Positions 37,648-50,365 of a stretch of DNA of 64,000 bases are shown one piece after another (position 1 is the stretch's first letter; the number at the start of each line of letters is the position of its first letter). The notes under the pieces were generated by a model that was not told where the DNA came from, ran no database searches, and was given only the letters and a program-made list of their open reading frames with translations. This DNA is from Macrostomum lignano (Eukaryota), in the NCBI GenBank assembly GCA_002269645.1, contig NIVC01000721.1, forward strand, positions 62,001 through 126,000, in the 5' to 3' direction. The position numbers were made by a program, and so were the translations under genes.

Positions 37648-39692
37648 AAACATGCCTTTTGAGGGAGTTATTTATATAAATCACGAGGGCCGAAGGCCCG
37701 AGGGATTTATGAAAATAACTCCCGAAGAAGGCATGTTTTATCTCATATAAACCATAGATAAACTCCGGGATAATATTAGATAATACCCCGGAGTTATAAT
37801 ATAATCCTGCAAATACAAAAAAGAAGTGTCTATGGCCAAAATGCCTACTAACTGAGAGGTGGGGTCGAGGGGGCGATGAGCCCCCGCGGGGGTGTGGGGG
37901 CAGAGCCCCCACGTAAACAAACACTTATAATTAATTGTCTATGGTCTAAAGTGATGTATGTTCTTAAAAGCTACACGTCGGGAGATCAGGTCTGACTTTC
38001 ATTTAAGTTTCGACAGTTCATTCATTTATTACAGAGTCTATCGAAAGGCTTTTCGATGCGTCGAATTCTTAATCCACTCGTCGACTATTCAAAAGGTTTT
38101 ATTGGCAACTTCGATCCAAACGTCCTACCGCTCGATTTCGTAAAGTCACGCGCTGGTGGAGATTTTCAAGATCATCAGTGGCTGGCGACTGAGATGAAAA
38201 GATATGAAGAAGAAGTGGAGTTGGAAGATTTATACGAGATAGAGACGTTTGAGACACCACTGTTGGATGGTGGCGGTCGTTTTGCTATAGTCGACAGTGT
38301 TGCCGCGCTGAACGAGTCTGTCCGTCCAAAATGCACAATCAATCGGAACAACTGGGCCCTGCGAATTTTCCAGGCATGGGTGAGCTCTCGTGTCAGTGAG
38401 ATCGGCATGAAGCCCATCACCGAGTTCAGCTGTGAGGAAATCAATACGATTCTCGGTCGCTTCATCCACGAGGTGCGAAAGGTCAACGGCGAGCGTTATC
38501 CTAGAGGGTCATTAGTATCGATAGCCGCTGGACTCAATTCGGCCATTCGAGAGGTCCAGCCGACAGTAGATCTGTTCAAGTCAATGGAACTACGGCCATT
38601 CAGGGACTCGTTGGACGCTGCCATGAAACTGTCAACCGCCGCTGGTACTTCACTCAACAGTAAGCCAGCTGGGATTTTGTGTTTCTGACGAAGAAAAAAT
38701 ATGGCAGTCTGGAGTCCTCGGCTTGGATAATCCTGATCAGCTGACCAAGACGCTCTTTTTTCTCAATGGACTCCACTTTGCTCTACGTGGAGGTGAAGAG
38801 CATTCGAATCTGATGCTTTCCCAGATAACAATTGAAATACGCGACAACGAAGAGTGTCTTATTTACCGAGAAGCCTCATCAAAGACCTACCATGGCGGCT
38901 TGAATGACAAACGTCGCAAACAAGTGGAGCGGTTGTACGTCCCTTCTCACGCTAGATCCGTCTGTCATCTACAAGCGTTCAAGACTTATCTAAAGGTGCG
39001 TCCCCCAGACGCTACACGATTCTACCTCCAATCGGCCAAAAAGTGGGATAGCGGTGCGGCGTGGTATTGTAACAGACCGATTGGCAAAAACTACATGTGC
39101 AAAATGATGGCTACGATCACCGAGGATGCTGGCGTGCCCAAGCTGACAAACCACAGCCTGAGGGAAACATGTGCGACGCGTCTCTTTCAAGCTGGTGTGG
39201 ACGAGCAGCTTATAATGGAGCGTACTGGCCATCGCAGTGTCGACGGCGTACGTGCGTACAAGCGAACATCTACGAACCTAATCAAGTCGTCTAGTCTGGT
39301 GGTCGATGGCAGGCCGATTCAAGAAGCCACGACCTCATCTGGTGCATCTGGAAGTGGTGGCCACAGCTTCGTATTCAACAACTGTTCCGTTGTTCAAAAC
39401 ATTTGTACGATGGGTACCTGTAGTCGACCTGATGGATTGCTATAAATCGTTAGCTATACGTAACAAACTGAAATAATATGCGAACATACTGGTGAAAACT
39501 GTTTTGACCATTGCAATGATCTGTTAAATTCAATTTTTTATCATATTGCATGTTTAGTGTCTATGGTCAGAATCAACTGACTGAAGAAATATACCGACAA
39601 ATAAAATCCCGGAAAAACTAAGATTATCAAGTCATGTAACATCCCGCGACTTGAAAAAATGTACCGGAAAGTTGCGTTATCTATGGTTTATA
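37648..39692 (+). mobile_element. Crypton-type tyrosine-recombinase DNA transposon
   Basis: A ~90-bp hairpin at 37648-37739, a 16-bp inverted pair tataaaccatagataa (37746-37761 and 39677-39692), and an internal YR ORF. Confidence 0.8.
38056..39445 (+). CDS. Crypton tyrosine recombinase (DUF3504/ZMYM-KCTD1-like), one +1 frameshift at ~38680
   Basis: NNWALRIFQAW, FIHEVRKVNGERYP and LDAAMK. After the shift: LFFLNGLHFALRGGEEH (R), TNHSLRETCATRLF (HxxR), MERTGHRSVDGVRAYKR (H, Y). Confidence 0.88.
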
Positions 39693-40264
39693 AATAGATA
39701 CTATATTATTCCAACTGTCAAATACGCAAAATACGCTTAACAAAAATAGAAAAAACTTTTATTCCTTTATTGGCTTTAATTTTTATTAAATAAATTTAAA
39801 TTGTAAGTCTGAAACATACGCATAAGTTTATTATTGTAGAAAGACAACATAAGTATATAAAAAATCAGATTGAAAACAAATGCAAATCAGTTAAAAATAC
39901 GAACAGCACCTTTCTCTCTCTCTCTTATTGTGGATAAGTCAATGCCAGCACGAAATGCAGCGACGCGTATGAAGATGCTGGATTAAAGATGACGGATGTC
40001 CGGCTTGGGTGAACTTCCGTAACGGAGCAGCAATGGTAGAAAATAGCAGGTACGCGTCTTTTTTGGCGTTAATTGTTCATGACTTCAATTGTTTTTAGAA
40101 ATGCGAAAATCTGATAGTCTTTTGAGTGAATTGCATTGCATCTAATAATAATTACATCATTGAAACCTATGATTATACACTTGACAAATTTTACCAATCA
40201 ATCAGGTTTCCTACAAAACAACTACAAAATTTAAAACAACTCCAGCTGCAGCTGGGATGGGACG

Positions 40265-40620
40265 TGTGTTCTGGATTCCGGGGCGGGGGAGACCCAAAGT
40301 GGGGGGCGGATTCCAGGGGGTGAAGAGCCAAATTAAGGGGGGGCGGATTCCGGGGGTGAAGAGCTAAATTAGGGGGGCGGATTCCGGGGGTGAAGAGCTA
40401 AATTAGGGGGGCGGATTCCGGGGGTGAAGAGCTAAATTAGGGGGGCGGATTCCGGGGGTGAAGAGCTAAATTAGGGGGGGGGGCGGATTCCGGGGGTGAA
40501 GAGCTAAATTAGGGGGGAGGGGCGGATTCCGTGGGTGAAGAGCTAAATTAGGGGGGGGGGCGGATTCAGGGGGTGAAAAGCCAAATTAGAGGAGGGGGGC
40601 GGGCGGGGAGGCGGATTCCA
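40265..40620. repeat. G-rich minisatellite, ~34-bp unit, about 9 copies
   Basis: ggcggattccgggggtgaagagctaaattagggg repeated with a variable G run. Confidence 0.9.
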
Positions 40621-41218
40621 GGGGTGGAGATCCAACGCCCAAAGGGAGCGGATTTTGGGGGTTAAAGACCCAAATCGGGACGCAGATTCTGGGGGATGAA
40701 AATATGGGGGGGGGGGCGGCCGCCCCCTCGCCCCACCCCCGATTGCTGCATTCAGCTTACAGGCCAGACATTTCTCCCCGGTCATTATCATTATCTTTTT
40801 CATCCTTGCAACTCGATGAAAGGTTGTTGCTGCAGCTGGGGCTGACTATAAATAAAAATCACATATAGTATTTTTAGTTGTAACTCTTATAGGATCCTAT
40901 TGACGCATAATTTCTGCTTGCAAAATAAAAATTATAAAATAATTATTAAGAAGCCAGAAGGACATTTCTTTGTCTTTAATTGACAGATTGAAAACCTTAG
41001 CGGATTGGAAAGGACTACGACGGCACCGCAGTGCTATCCAATTCGCTATAATAAGTCAATGCAACTTGTTTATTATTTTTTTATAACACAAATTTCAAGC
41101 AAGCACGACTTCTAAACGCACAATAAATGACGACTTCCTATTCAAGGATTAGGTTGAAAATGCGAATAGACCTGCCCAGCTGAATGGCATAACTGATCTC
41201 AATAGAATTTCTAAGAAA

Positions 41219-44200
41219 TCACCGCCCAGTTCGTGCCCGCTTTTTTGCTCGACTGCCGCCGCCGCCGCCGCCGCCGCCAGTTTCCCGACGCTTTCGACTC
41301 TTTGGCGGGCCGGCGCGCCTGTCGATGCGGTCGGACCGAACCCGGTCCCAGTGGGCCCGCTTGGCCGCCTTCGCCTGATCGGCCGAGTCGCCTTCCAGCA
41401 TTTCAGCGAAGCCTTCGGCATCGATGTCGACGTCGCCATTTTCCTCGCGGTTGCCGCCGCTGACTTCGTAATCTTCGCCGTCAGAGGACATGCCCAGATC
41501 GGACAGCTCCTCATCGTCAAGCATGTCGATGTCGTCCTCGCCGTCGCTTTCACCGACATCATCGTCGACGCTATCATCGCCGTCCTGTCCAGCCGCCTTC
41601 TGTTTGGTCGATTGTTTGGCCGACTTTTTTCGCCGTTCAGCGTCGGCTCGGCCGAAATCGTCGGCAAAGTCGGCCGCTTCCGCGTCGCCGGACAGGCCCT
41701 ACGCGTGAGCGAGATATTCAAGATTGGCCATAATAATTCAATTGGTTTACATACATCTAGAATCGAGCTCCGGACCTCAGTGAACCCCCGTTAGCCAGCT
41801 CTATTGTGTTAGAAAATCTGCCGCTCACCTGCTCGAAGTCCTCCAGGAAGTCGTCGAATTCCTCGTCGCCAACCGAGCTGGCGTCCGAGTCGAAATCGTC
41901 CGGTGGCCGGCGGCCCTCGCCGACGATGCGCAGGTAGCGGTGCAGGTGCCGCTCCGTCGGCGCCACGCTGGCCTCGTCCGGTATGCGCGCCAGCTCTTCG
42001 CGGCTTGGCGCCAATTTGGCGCCAGCAGCGGACGACGACCGGCGCCTGGGACGAAACCTGGCCGACGGGTCGCCTGGCGGCGGCGCTTTTTTGGGATTCT
42101 TGAAGGAGAATCGCTCGAGGAATTTGGCCAGGGAGAAATCCGCCAGGGGATCGCCGTCGTACACGATTGGCTGCCTGCGGTTCGGTGTGGGTGAGTTTTA
42201 GTGTAGAGGCTTGTAGATGGCGATGATTCAGGCAGTGAAACCAGAAATGATTCAGGCAGTGAAACTAGAAATGATTCAGGCAGTGACACTAGAAATGATT
42301 CAGGCAGTGACACTAGAAATGATTCAGGCAGTGAAACCAGAAATGATTCAGGCAGTGAAACTAGAAATGATTCAGGCAGTGAAACCAGAAATGATTCAGG
42401 CAGTAAAACTAGAAATGATTCAGGCAGTGAAACTAGAAATGATTCAGGCAGTGAAACTAGAAATGATTCAGGCAGTGAAACCAGAAATGATTCAGGCAGT
42501 GAAACCAGAAATGATTCAGGCAGTAAAACTAGAAATGATTCAGGCAGTGAAACCAGAAATGATTCAGGCAGTGAAACCAGAAATGATTCAGGCAGTAAAA
42601 CTAGAAATGATTCAGGCAGTGAAACCAGAAATGATTCAGGCAGTAAAACTAGAAATGATTCAGGCAGTGAAACCAGAAATGATTCAGGCAGTAAAACTAG
42701 AAATGATTCAGGCAGTAAAACTAGAAATGATTCAGGCAGTAAAACTAGAAATGATTCAGACAGTGAAAATAGAAATGATTCAGGCAGTGAAACTAGAAAT
42801 GATTCAGGCAGTGAAACCAGAAATGATTCAGGCAGTAAAACTAGAAATGATTCAGGCAGTGAAACTAGAAATGATTCAGGCAGTGAAACCAGAAATGATT
42901 CAGGCAGTGAAACCAGAAATGATTCAGGCAGTAAAACTAGAAATGATTCAGGCAGTGAAACCAGAAATGATTCAGGCAGTAAAACTAGAAATGATTCAGG
43001 CAGTAAAACTAGAAATGATTCAGGCAGTAAAACTAGAAATGATTCAGACAGTGAAAATAGAAATGATTCAGGCAGTGAAACCAGAAATGATTCAGGCAGT
43101 GAAACCGGAAATGATTCAGGCAGTAAAACTAGAAATGATTCAGGCAGTAAAACTAGAAATGATTCAGGCAGTGAAACTAGAAATGATTCAGACAGTGAAA
43201 CTAGAAATGATTCAGGCAGTGAAACCGGAAATGATTCAGGCAGTAAAACTAGAAATGATTCAGGCAGTAAAACTAGAAATGATTCAGGCAGTGAAACTAG
43301 AAATGATTCAGGCAGTGAAACCAGAAATGATTCAGGCAGTGAAACCAGAAATGATTCAGGTAAACTCCTGGAAGTGATTCAGCACAAAAGGCGCTAATTT
43401 TATTGATTCAGCTTGAGGTGAAGAAACAATGCCGACTCTAGAACTATTGCAATTACACTGCATACAAGTGAATGACTACAGTGGCTCACTTTGCAATAAT
43501 CTGGGAGGCGAACAGGCGCACAGACGGATGACAATGGGACAGGTAGTGCGGCAGCTCCCACAGCGGCTCGGCCTCGGCGCCGCAGAATTCCGGCTGCCGG
43601 CTGAGCGGGTCGTAGCTGGCCGCCGCCGCCGCTGCCATAGGGGTGCCGGTGGTGGCGTCGGCGGGGGCCGGGGCGGCGCCGCCGCTGAGCATGTCGGTGA
43701 CCAGGCCGGGTCGGTCGCCTTCCAGCTGCCCAATGAGCAGCAGGGAGGCGCAAGCGAATGCAGAGTCTTGCATAGTGGCCACCTGATGGGGGCGGCAGTA
43801 GTGTGCGCGAGTTGTAAAAAGTAGTATGAATGGAAACATGTGTCAAATGCATAATTTCTCTAAGGAATTGAAGGCCGATTATCAACAGTAGATAAGCATG
43901 GGATAGATTAGAATTGAAGGCCGATTATCACAATAGATAAGCATGGGATAGATTAGAATTGAAGGCCGATTATCAGAGTTGATAAGCATGGGACAGATTA
44001 AAATTAAAGGCCGATTATCAACAGTAGATAAGCATAAAGCATGGGATAGATTAAAATTGAAGGCTGCTTATCAACAGTAGATAAGCACTAAATAATGATG
44101 TACTTTAAGCTGCGTATCAGTCTTAGATCGAGGCCCATCTCACCTGCAGGATCCGCCTAACGAACGCGCGCACCCTCGGCAGCCGGCTGTCCCAGCTCAG

Positions 44201-45726
44201 ACTGCGGTACAGCAGGTGCATCAGCATGGCCCGCTTAGCCACTGGCCCAATGTCCAGCAGCCGCTGGTACAGCGCCCTGTAGAACCTGTCGCTCAAACTA
44301 GGATCCCGCTGCACTAGCTGGAACAGCACCAGCAGGCACTGGACTCCGACATTAAATCCGGCCAAATGGACGAGGCCAAACAGCAACCTGGCGTGCTCGG
44401 ACAGTTCGGCCAGTTTGTCCGGGCCGCAGAAGGGCAGAGCTCGATGCAGTCCGGTCAGCAAGCCGGCAAACAGTCTGCCGGCCACCTCCTGGCGTTTGGC
44501 GGCCGCTTTGAAGAAGGCCAGGTAAATCCCGGCCAGGCGGCCGGCCACGCCGCCAGCGTTGGTGTCGGCGGCGGTCAGCGGCAGCTGGCACAGCAGGCAG
44601 ACGGCGTACCGATGCGTCCGAGCCACGCCGGAGTTGACGCCGCGAGCAGCGGCAGAGTCAGCGTTGCCGCGAAACAGCAGCCGTTCGATTTCGTCAACTA
44701 GAGCGGCCTGCGGGCGATTGGTGGGCAATAAGTCCATGTTCTGATCCTCTTCTGACACTTAGATCTCAAATCCCCGCAGTTTCGATCATTAGGCTAGTTC
44801 CGACCCCTACCCTGCCAGTTCCGCCCCCTACCCTGCCAGTTCCGCCCCCTACCCTGCCAGTTCCGCCCCCTACCCTGCAAGTCCCGCCGGCGCCCCACCT
44901 TCATCTCCGGCTGCTTAGCCGCCAGCAGCCTTAGCCTGTGCAGCGCGGCGCCGCAGACCCGTCGGCTCGGATCGCCCAATTTGTTAGCCAGACTGGCCAT
45001 CGCGCGGCTCCGGCAGTCCCGATGCCCGACGGCCAGCTCAGCGACGGCGGCCACCGCCCGTAGTCGAGCCGCATCGACCGGGTCGCGCAGCAGGCCGTCC
45101 AGTCTGTCCAGAAACTGCTGCAGCAGCTGGCCCAGCCGCTCTTCAAAGTACCAGAGAGCGCGGACGTGACGCGCCGCGTCTCGGCCTTTGCGCGCCAGAA
45201 CCGGCGCCAGACGGGTGAACGGGCGCCGGTCGAGTGGCACGAGGCGCCTGCCTGGCGGCAGCAGGTGCTCGAGAAACAGTGACTTGACTGCATCCAGCAC
45301 GGTGAGAGCGTCGCGTTTAGCTTTAGGCGTCACCATAGCAACCAGGGCCTCCAGATGAGCAAGGCTCTCCAACGGGTGGTCGCGCACCAAGCCGGTCATG
45401 ACGCCGACCCGGTCGGCCTGGGTGCCGGACTCCAGCACCCGGATGGCGAACCGATCGGCGAAGCTGCGCGACGTCTGCATGTCGGAGCGGAAGGCCTTGG
45501 CCAGCTGGGCCAGCGCTTCGCCGCCCTTCTTGCGGGCGAACTCCGCCTTGCCGCCCGGCTCCGACGGCTCGCTGGGCTTCAGCGCCGCCTTAGTCAGCGG
45601 GTCGCGGTACCAGCGTGCCGCCGCGTCGGCTGGCGCTGCCGCTTCGTCACCTGCCGTGGAGGCTGCCAACGGCTTGGCCGGAGCGGCCTTTGTCGATTTT
45701 TTCTTGTTGCCGCCGGGTGCCGTCAT
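41219..45726 (-). CDS. CEBPZ: CCAAT/enhancer-binding protein zeta / Noc1 / Mak21 (60S ribosome biogenesis factor), 5 inferred exons, ~836 aa
   Basis: Exons (minus): 45726-44899, 44707-44144, 43782-43490, 42174-41829, 41698-41219, all GT-AG. Motifs GTQADRVGVMT, LANKLGDP, EIERLLFR, LLTGLHRALPF, DRFYRALY, HYCHPSVRLFA, YDGDPLADFSLAKFLERFSFKNPK and an acidic tail. An additional upstream exon is not excluded. Confidence 0.9.
42222..43360. repeat. Highly homogeneous 24-bp minisatellite (~47 copies) in CEBPZ intron 3
   Basis: Unit atgattcaggcagt(g/a)aaac(c/t)agaa. Confidence 0.97.
43865..44090. repeat. ~46-bp tandem repeat (~5 copies) in CEBPZ intron 2
   Basis: ttgaaggccgattatcaacagtagataagcatgggatagattagaa repeated. 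Confidence 0.85.
44800..44882. repeat. 21-bp tandem repeat (~4 copies) in CEBPZ intron 1
   Basis: ccctaccctgccagttccgcc repeated. Confidence 0.85.
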
Positions 45727-45794
45727 GGAGTGCGAGCATGTGTTTTGTATTTAACTGGACTTGCTGGTGGCTACGTGAAGTGAGCATTGGTGGC

Positions 45795-46455
45795 CCAGCA
45801 ACTGAGGATCTGGGAGGCTGGCCCAGCAACTGAGGATCTGGGAGGCTGGCCCAGCAACTGAGGATCTGGGAGGCTGGCCCAGCAACTGGTGATCTGGGAG
45901 GCTGGCCCAGCAACTGAGGATCTGGGAGGCTGGCCCAGCAACTGGTGATCTGGGAGGCTGGCCCAGCAACTGAGGATCTAGGAGGCTGGCCCAGCAACTG
46001 AGGATCTGGGAGGCTGGCCAGCAACTGAGGATCTAGGAGGCTGGCCCAGCAACTGAGGATCTAGGAGGCTGGCCCAGCAACTGAGGATCTGGGAGGCTGG
46101 CCCAGCAACTGAGGATCTGGGAGGCTGGCCCAGCAACTGAGGATCTGGGAGGCTGGCCCAGCAACTGAGGATCTGGGAGGCTGGCCCAGCAACTGAGGAT
46201 CTGGGAGGCTGGCCCAGCAACTGAGGATCTAGGAGGCTGGCCCAGCAACTGAGGATCTGGGAGGCTGGCCCAGCAACTAAGGATCTGGGAGGCTGACCCA
46301 GCAACTGAGGATCTGGGAGGCTGACCCAGCAACTGAGGATCTGGGAGGCTGACCCAGCAACTGAGGATCTGGGAGGCTGGCCCAGCAACTGAGGATCTGG
46401 GAGGCTGGCCCAGTAACTGAGGATCTGGGAGGCTGGCCCAGCAACTGGTGATCTG
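45795..46455. repeat. 28-bp minisatellite (~23 copies) just upstream of the CEBPZ start
   Basis: ctgaggatctgggaggctggcccagcaa repeated. Confidence 0.96.
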
Positions 46456-47764
46456 AGACAGTGACGGTGGATGAATCAAGCGCTGTCACTGAGTAATAAT
46501 GAAAAGAGGCGACACTAGTCAAGCATTAAGTCGGTGATAAATAAGCAGAGCCTACATATACATTAAAACAGGCAATTTATTTAGTGTAAATAATCAGGCC
46601 CTTAAAGTAGTTGCACGGCTGGCACAGCACTATAAACAAGGAATTCTATAGAATAGCGGAAGCCTTGGCCACTGGTAAGCAGTTAATGATCATGCATAAA
46701 TGATTATTATGGCCTGTTGCAGCACAAGCAGGGCGTGTGTAGTGAAATTAATTTTGAAAAGCAATAAGATTGGAATGTGAAACAGTGTCGGGTTAGCAGT
46801 AGGGAACTGCAAGTATAAATAAATAGATGGATTGACAGATAGCACATCACATTAGACACGATAAAGTGAGCCTATTTAGTCAGGCTAGTACAAAAAAGGA
46901 TTAGTAGTATCAATAGTATCATATATGCAATTAAGCCCCAACATCGTTCGCATTAACTTAACAATTCCGTGGCACTTTTTTATTAACAATTAAAAATTAA
47001 TGAATAGGCAAAATATCCATTCATAGGAAGCGATTCTGGAATGCTACGAAAAATTAAAGATGGGAGAACACAGAAAAAAGATTTTTATTTTAGAAATTTC
47101 ATATGGCACCATCGGAACAGTGGCAGTCTTGTCGTCATGGTAACCTCAATAACAAGACAAAAAACAAAAAACACAAAGTTCATAAAACAATATCCGGGAA
47201 GACAAAAATTATTAGCTAGGAAAAAGTTTTTTTTCAAAATTTCCGCTTAGATAAAAAAGTCCATAAAAATTTTATTCTACTAAGCTAAAGGTATAATTAG
47301 TCAATCAGACATTATAATGACAATTAGTGATTGTAAACGTGTATATGTACACAACAGCAATATAATAACACGCATAGAACAGAAGGGCAGAGAAAACTGC
47401 ACTGTTATTTCATTACTTTCTTAATATTTCTTATGTATATTTAGTCCAATACAATAAAACTATTCGCGAATCAGACTAAGAACCGAATAAACGGATTGCT
47501 AATCTAGTTATTCGATTATTTACTAGCACTACAAACAGGACCTACCGTACAAACTCTATCACCTAAAGTAACAAATACTATTAGAATAACTAGGTGGGAT
47601 ACTCGAAATTAAAGCTGTGAAAAAGTAGTGTGTCCACTCTTTTTTCAGTAGTTTGTCTGCGCAGGGGCACCTAAATTTAATTGTGGCAGCTAAAATTTCA
47701 TTTCTTCCTCTGTTTGTGGACCCCTAGGAGCATATGGGGTTAAGAGTAAACAGGCATTACGAGA

Positions 47765-47990
47765 TGCAAGACGGACGAAACTCTGCCCTGGGGGAGGCAG
47801 GCCTAATCTAGCTCAGCCAATGAGAGAGCAGTAAGAAAGAGGTTAAAGTTAGATGGACGAAACTCAGCCCTGGGAGGGGGGGCAGGCCGCCCTATCTAGG
47901 CCAGCCAATGAGAGAGCAGTAAGAAAGAGTTCAAAGTTAGACGGACGAAACTCAGCCCTGGGGGAGGCAGGCCATAATCTAGCTCAGCAC
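47765..47990. repeat. ~85-bp tandem repeat, about 3 copies
   Basis: agacggacgaaactcagccctggg..gcaggcc..tctag.cagccaatgagagagcagtaagaaagag.t.aaagtt repeated. Confidence 0.8.
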
Positions 47991-48482
47991 ACGCACTGGA
48001 TTTGGGTGCAGCTTCAAACATGGTGAAGATGTAAATTTCTGCCTGTAGAAGGCCAGAGGCGATTGTTTTGTTTTCAAAAACTTAAAAAAATATAGTAAAA
48101 TGAGTACATTTTAGCTTAAAAACGCTAATTGTACTACTGAAGAAGTACATGTAAGTGAGCGCATTTTTTGCGAGTGACATCATCTAGTTATTCTACAAGT
48201 ATTATCTCTTCCTAAACACAATAAAGAAGTTACGAAGGAGCCTTAAACCGATGAAGGCCAGCAGATACTATCGGATGTAGTATTTACGTTTGATTTTCCG
48301 TTTGATTTCATTTGATCACCATTTAATTCGGTGATGCCATAGACATAGGAGTGGCTTCTGCCTGTAGATCTGTAGATTAAATTGTTGTAATCTTACTCCC
48401 CAATACACCTATTACTTACTCCCCAATGTGATTTTGTATCAGACAAATTGACAAACACGAATGTCAAAGCCGCCACAACAGC

Positions 48483-49199
48483 TTAAATGACAGTATCCGA
48501 TGGAGTGTGACTCTTCATGAGCTTCTCCGTAACCGTAGACTTAGCGTGCATAGGAAAAGCGTACTCATTCAGCTGGGTGAGCTCCCTATCTAGCTTCATC
48601 TGCGGCACCAGGAAGCAGCTGGTGAAGAAGCAGAACAGCGCAGCCAGCACGGCCAGGCCGAAGCTCCAGGACGGCCAGTTCAGTGACGGCAGCGGCAGCC
48701 AGTAAGGGTCCAGGCACTTGGACCCGAAGATGATCACTCCGATGCCAATCAGAGTGCCAATCACGGCGAATAGGTAAGCCAGGCACCGGCTGAGCAGGGC
48801 CCGCCTCTCGGCATTGTTAATGCAGCCCAGCACGTACAGCAGGCATAAGATGAAGCCGCAGATCAGCAACAGCAGGCTGATGGTGATGAAAAACTGAACA
48901 AAGCGGAACCAAGGCGGCATCAGGAAGTCTCTAATTGGGTAGAACTCCGGAGCAAATGACCACCAGCAGCCAAAGTAGGAGCGCATCTCCGGGTCAAGCC
49001 GGTGCACCAGGCCGTCAAGGCAGAACTCCCACAGGCCGAGTCTGTCCACCGGGGTGTGCACCCGCGGCCAGGACTGCAGCCAGAATGGCGTCACGAATGA
49101 CACCAAGGTGCACAGGAGGCTCACAGCTGAGCAGACTAGAGCTGAACGGCCGTAGCCGGACACAATTCGCTTTCTACTGTTATCGTAGTCGGAGTTCAT
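48483..49199 (-). CDS. Claudin/PMP22-family tetraspan protein (septate-junction claudin-like), single coding exon, 238 aa
   Basis: Four hydrophobic segments; first loop PFWLQSW..RLGLWEFCLDG..FGCWW (W-GLW-C-C signature); WSFGLAVLA in the last helix. The upstream part of the annotated ORF is tandem repeat. Confidence 0.88.
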   Translation of the reverse strand: MNSDYDNSRKRIVSGYGRSALVCSAVSLLCTLVSFVTPFWLQSWPRVHTPVDRLGLWEFCLDGLVHRLDPEMRSYFGCWWSFAPEFYPIRDFLMPPWFRFVQFFITISLLLLICGFILCLLYVLGCINNAERRALLSRCLAYLFAVIGTLIGIGVIIFGSKCLDPYWLPLPSLNWPSWSFGLAVLAALFCFFTSCFLVPQMKLDRELTQLNEYAFPMHAKSTVTEKLMKSHTPSDTVI

Positions 49200-49254
49200 T
49201 GCTGAAATTGACCGAATGCCAATAAAACTGTTAGATAAAACGTTTGACGATGAT

Positions 49255-50090
49255 GAGAGTACAGGGGATGAGAAAGAGTTTAGGGGATGGGGAAGAGAGT
49301 GCAGGGGATGGGGAAGAGAGTGCAGGGGATGGGGAAGAGAGTGCAGGGGATGGGGAAGAGAGTGCAGGGGATGGGGAAGAGAGTGTAGGGGGTGAAGAGG
49401 AGTGTAGGGATGAGAAAGAGAGTGCAGGGATGGGGAAGAGTGTAGGGGATGGGGAAGAGAGTGCAGGGGATGGGGAAGAGAGTGCAGGGGATGGGGAAGA
49501 GAGTGCAGGGGATGGAGAAGACAGTGCATATGGTGGGGAAGAGAGTGCAGGGGATGGGGAAGAGAGTGTAGGGGATGAGGAAGAGAGTGTAGGGGATGAG
49601 AAAGAGAGTGCAGGGATGGGGAAGAGTGTGGGGGATGGGGAAGAGAGTGCAGGGGATGGGGAAGAGAGTGCAGGGGATGGGGAAGAGAGTGCAGGGGATG
49701 GAGAAGACAGTGCATATGGTGGGGAAGAGAGTGCAGGGGATGGGGAAGAGAGTGTAGGGGATGAGGAAGAGAGTGTAGGGGATGAGGAAGTGTAGGGGAT
49801 GAGGAAGAGAGTGTAGGGAATGGGGAAGAGAGTGCAGGGGATGGGGAAGAGAGTGCAGGGGATGAGAAAGAGTTTAGGGGATGGGGAAGAGAGTGCAGGG
49901 GATGGGGAAGAGAGTGTAGGGGATGGGGAAGAGAGTGTAGGGGGTGAAGAAGAGAGTGTAGGGATGAGAAAGAGAGTGCAGGGGATGGGGAAGAGTGTAG
50001 GGGATGGGGAAGAGTGCAGGGGATGGGGAAGAGAGTGCAGGGGATGAGAAAGAGAGTGCAGGGGATGGGGAAGAGAGTGTAAGTAATGGG
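49255..50090. repeat. G-rich 21-bp minisatellite
   Basis: ggggatggggaagagagtg(c/t)a repeated with variants. Confidence 0.93.
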
Positions 50091-50365
50091 TAGGAGTTTG
50101 GAATGTTACATGACTATGGCATAGAATTTGAGCAAATAAAGATTAACCACAAGATAACAGCAATTCAAAAATGCAATTAGCACATCGCCGCCAATGCTCG
50201 GTCGGGGTCAACATCGGGGCATGGGGAAGAAATGCTTGAGCATTGCGCAATCATTTTTAATTGGCTTTATTAATTACGTAATTTCTACTAAGCAGAAGAA
50301 ATTTGCGTTATTGACATATTGAAGATGGACAATTGAGTGCTTTCTTAGAAAACAAAATAACTCGG

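Noticed and set aside
39920-41090. Possible small + strand gene (donor gcag|gtacgc near 40050, acceptor ttgacag near 40987)
   Set aside because: No consistent start or open frame without assuming another indel, and no recognisable homology.
42217-43377. 386-aa ORF (MIQAVKPE)n
   Set aside because: Translation of an intronic 24-bp minisatellite lying antisense to CEBPZ.
45647-46522. LLGQPPRSS-repeat ORFs, and CRISPR-like appearance of 28-29-bp repeats
   Set aside because: Head-to-tail tandem units with no unique spacers and no cas genes, in a eukaryotic context.
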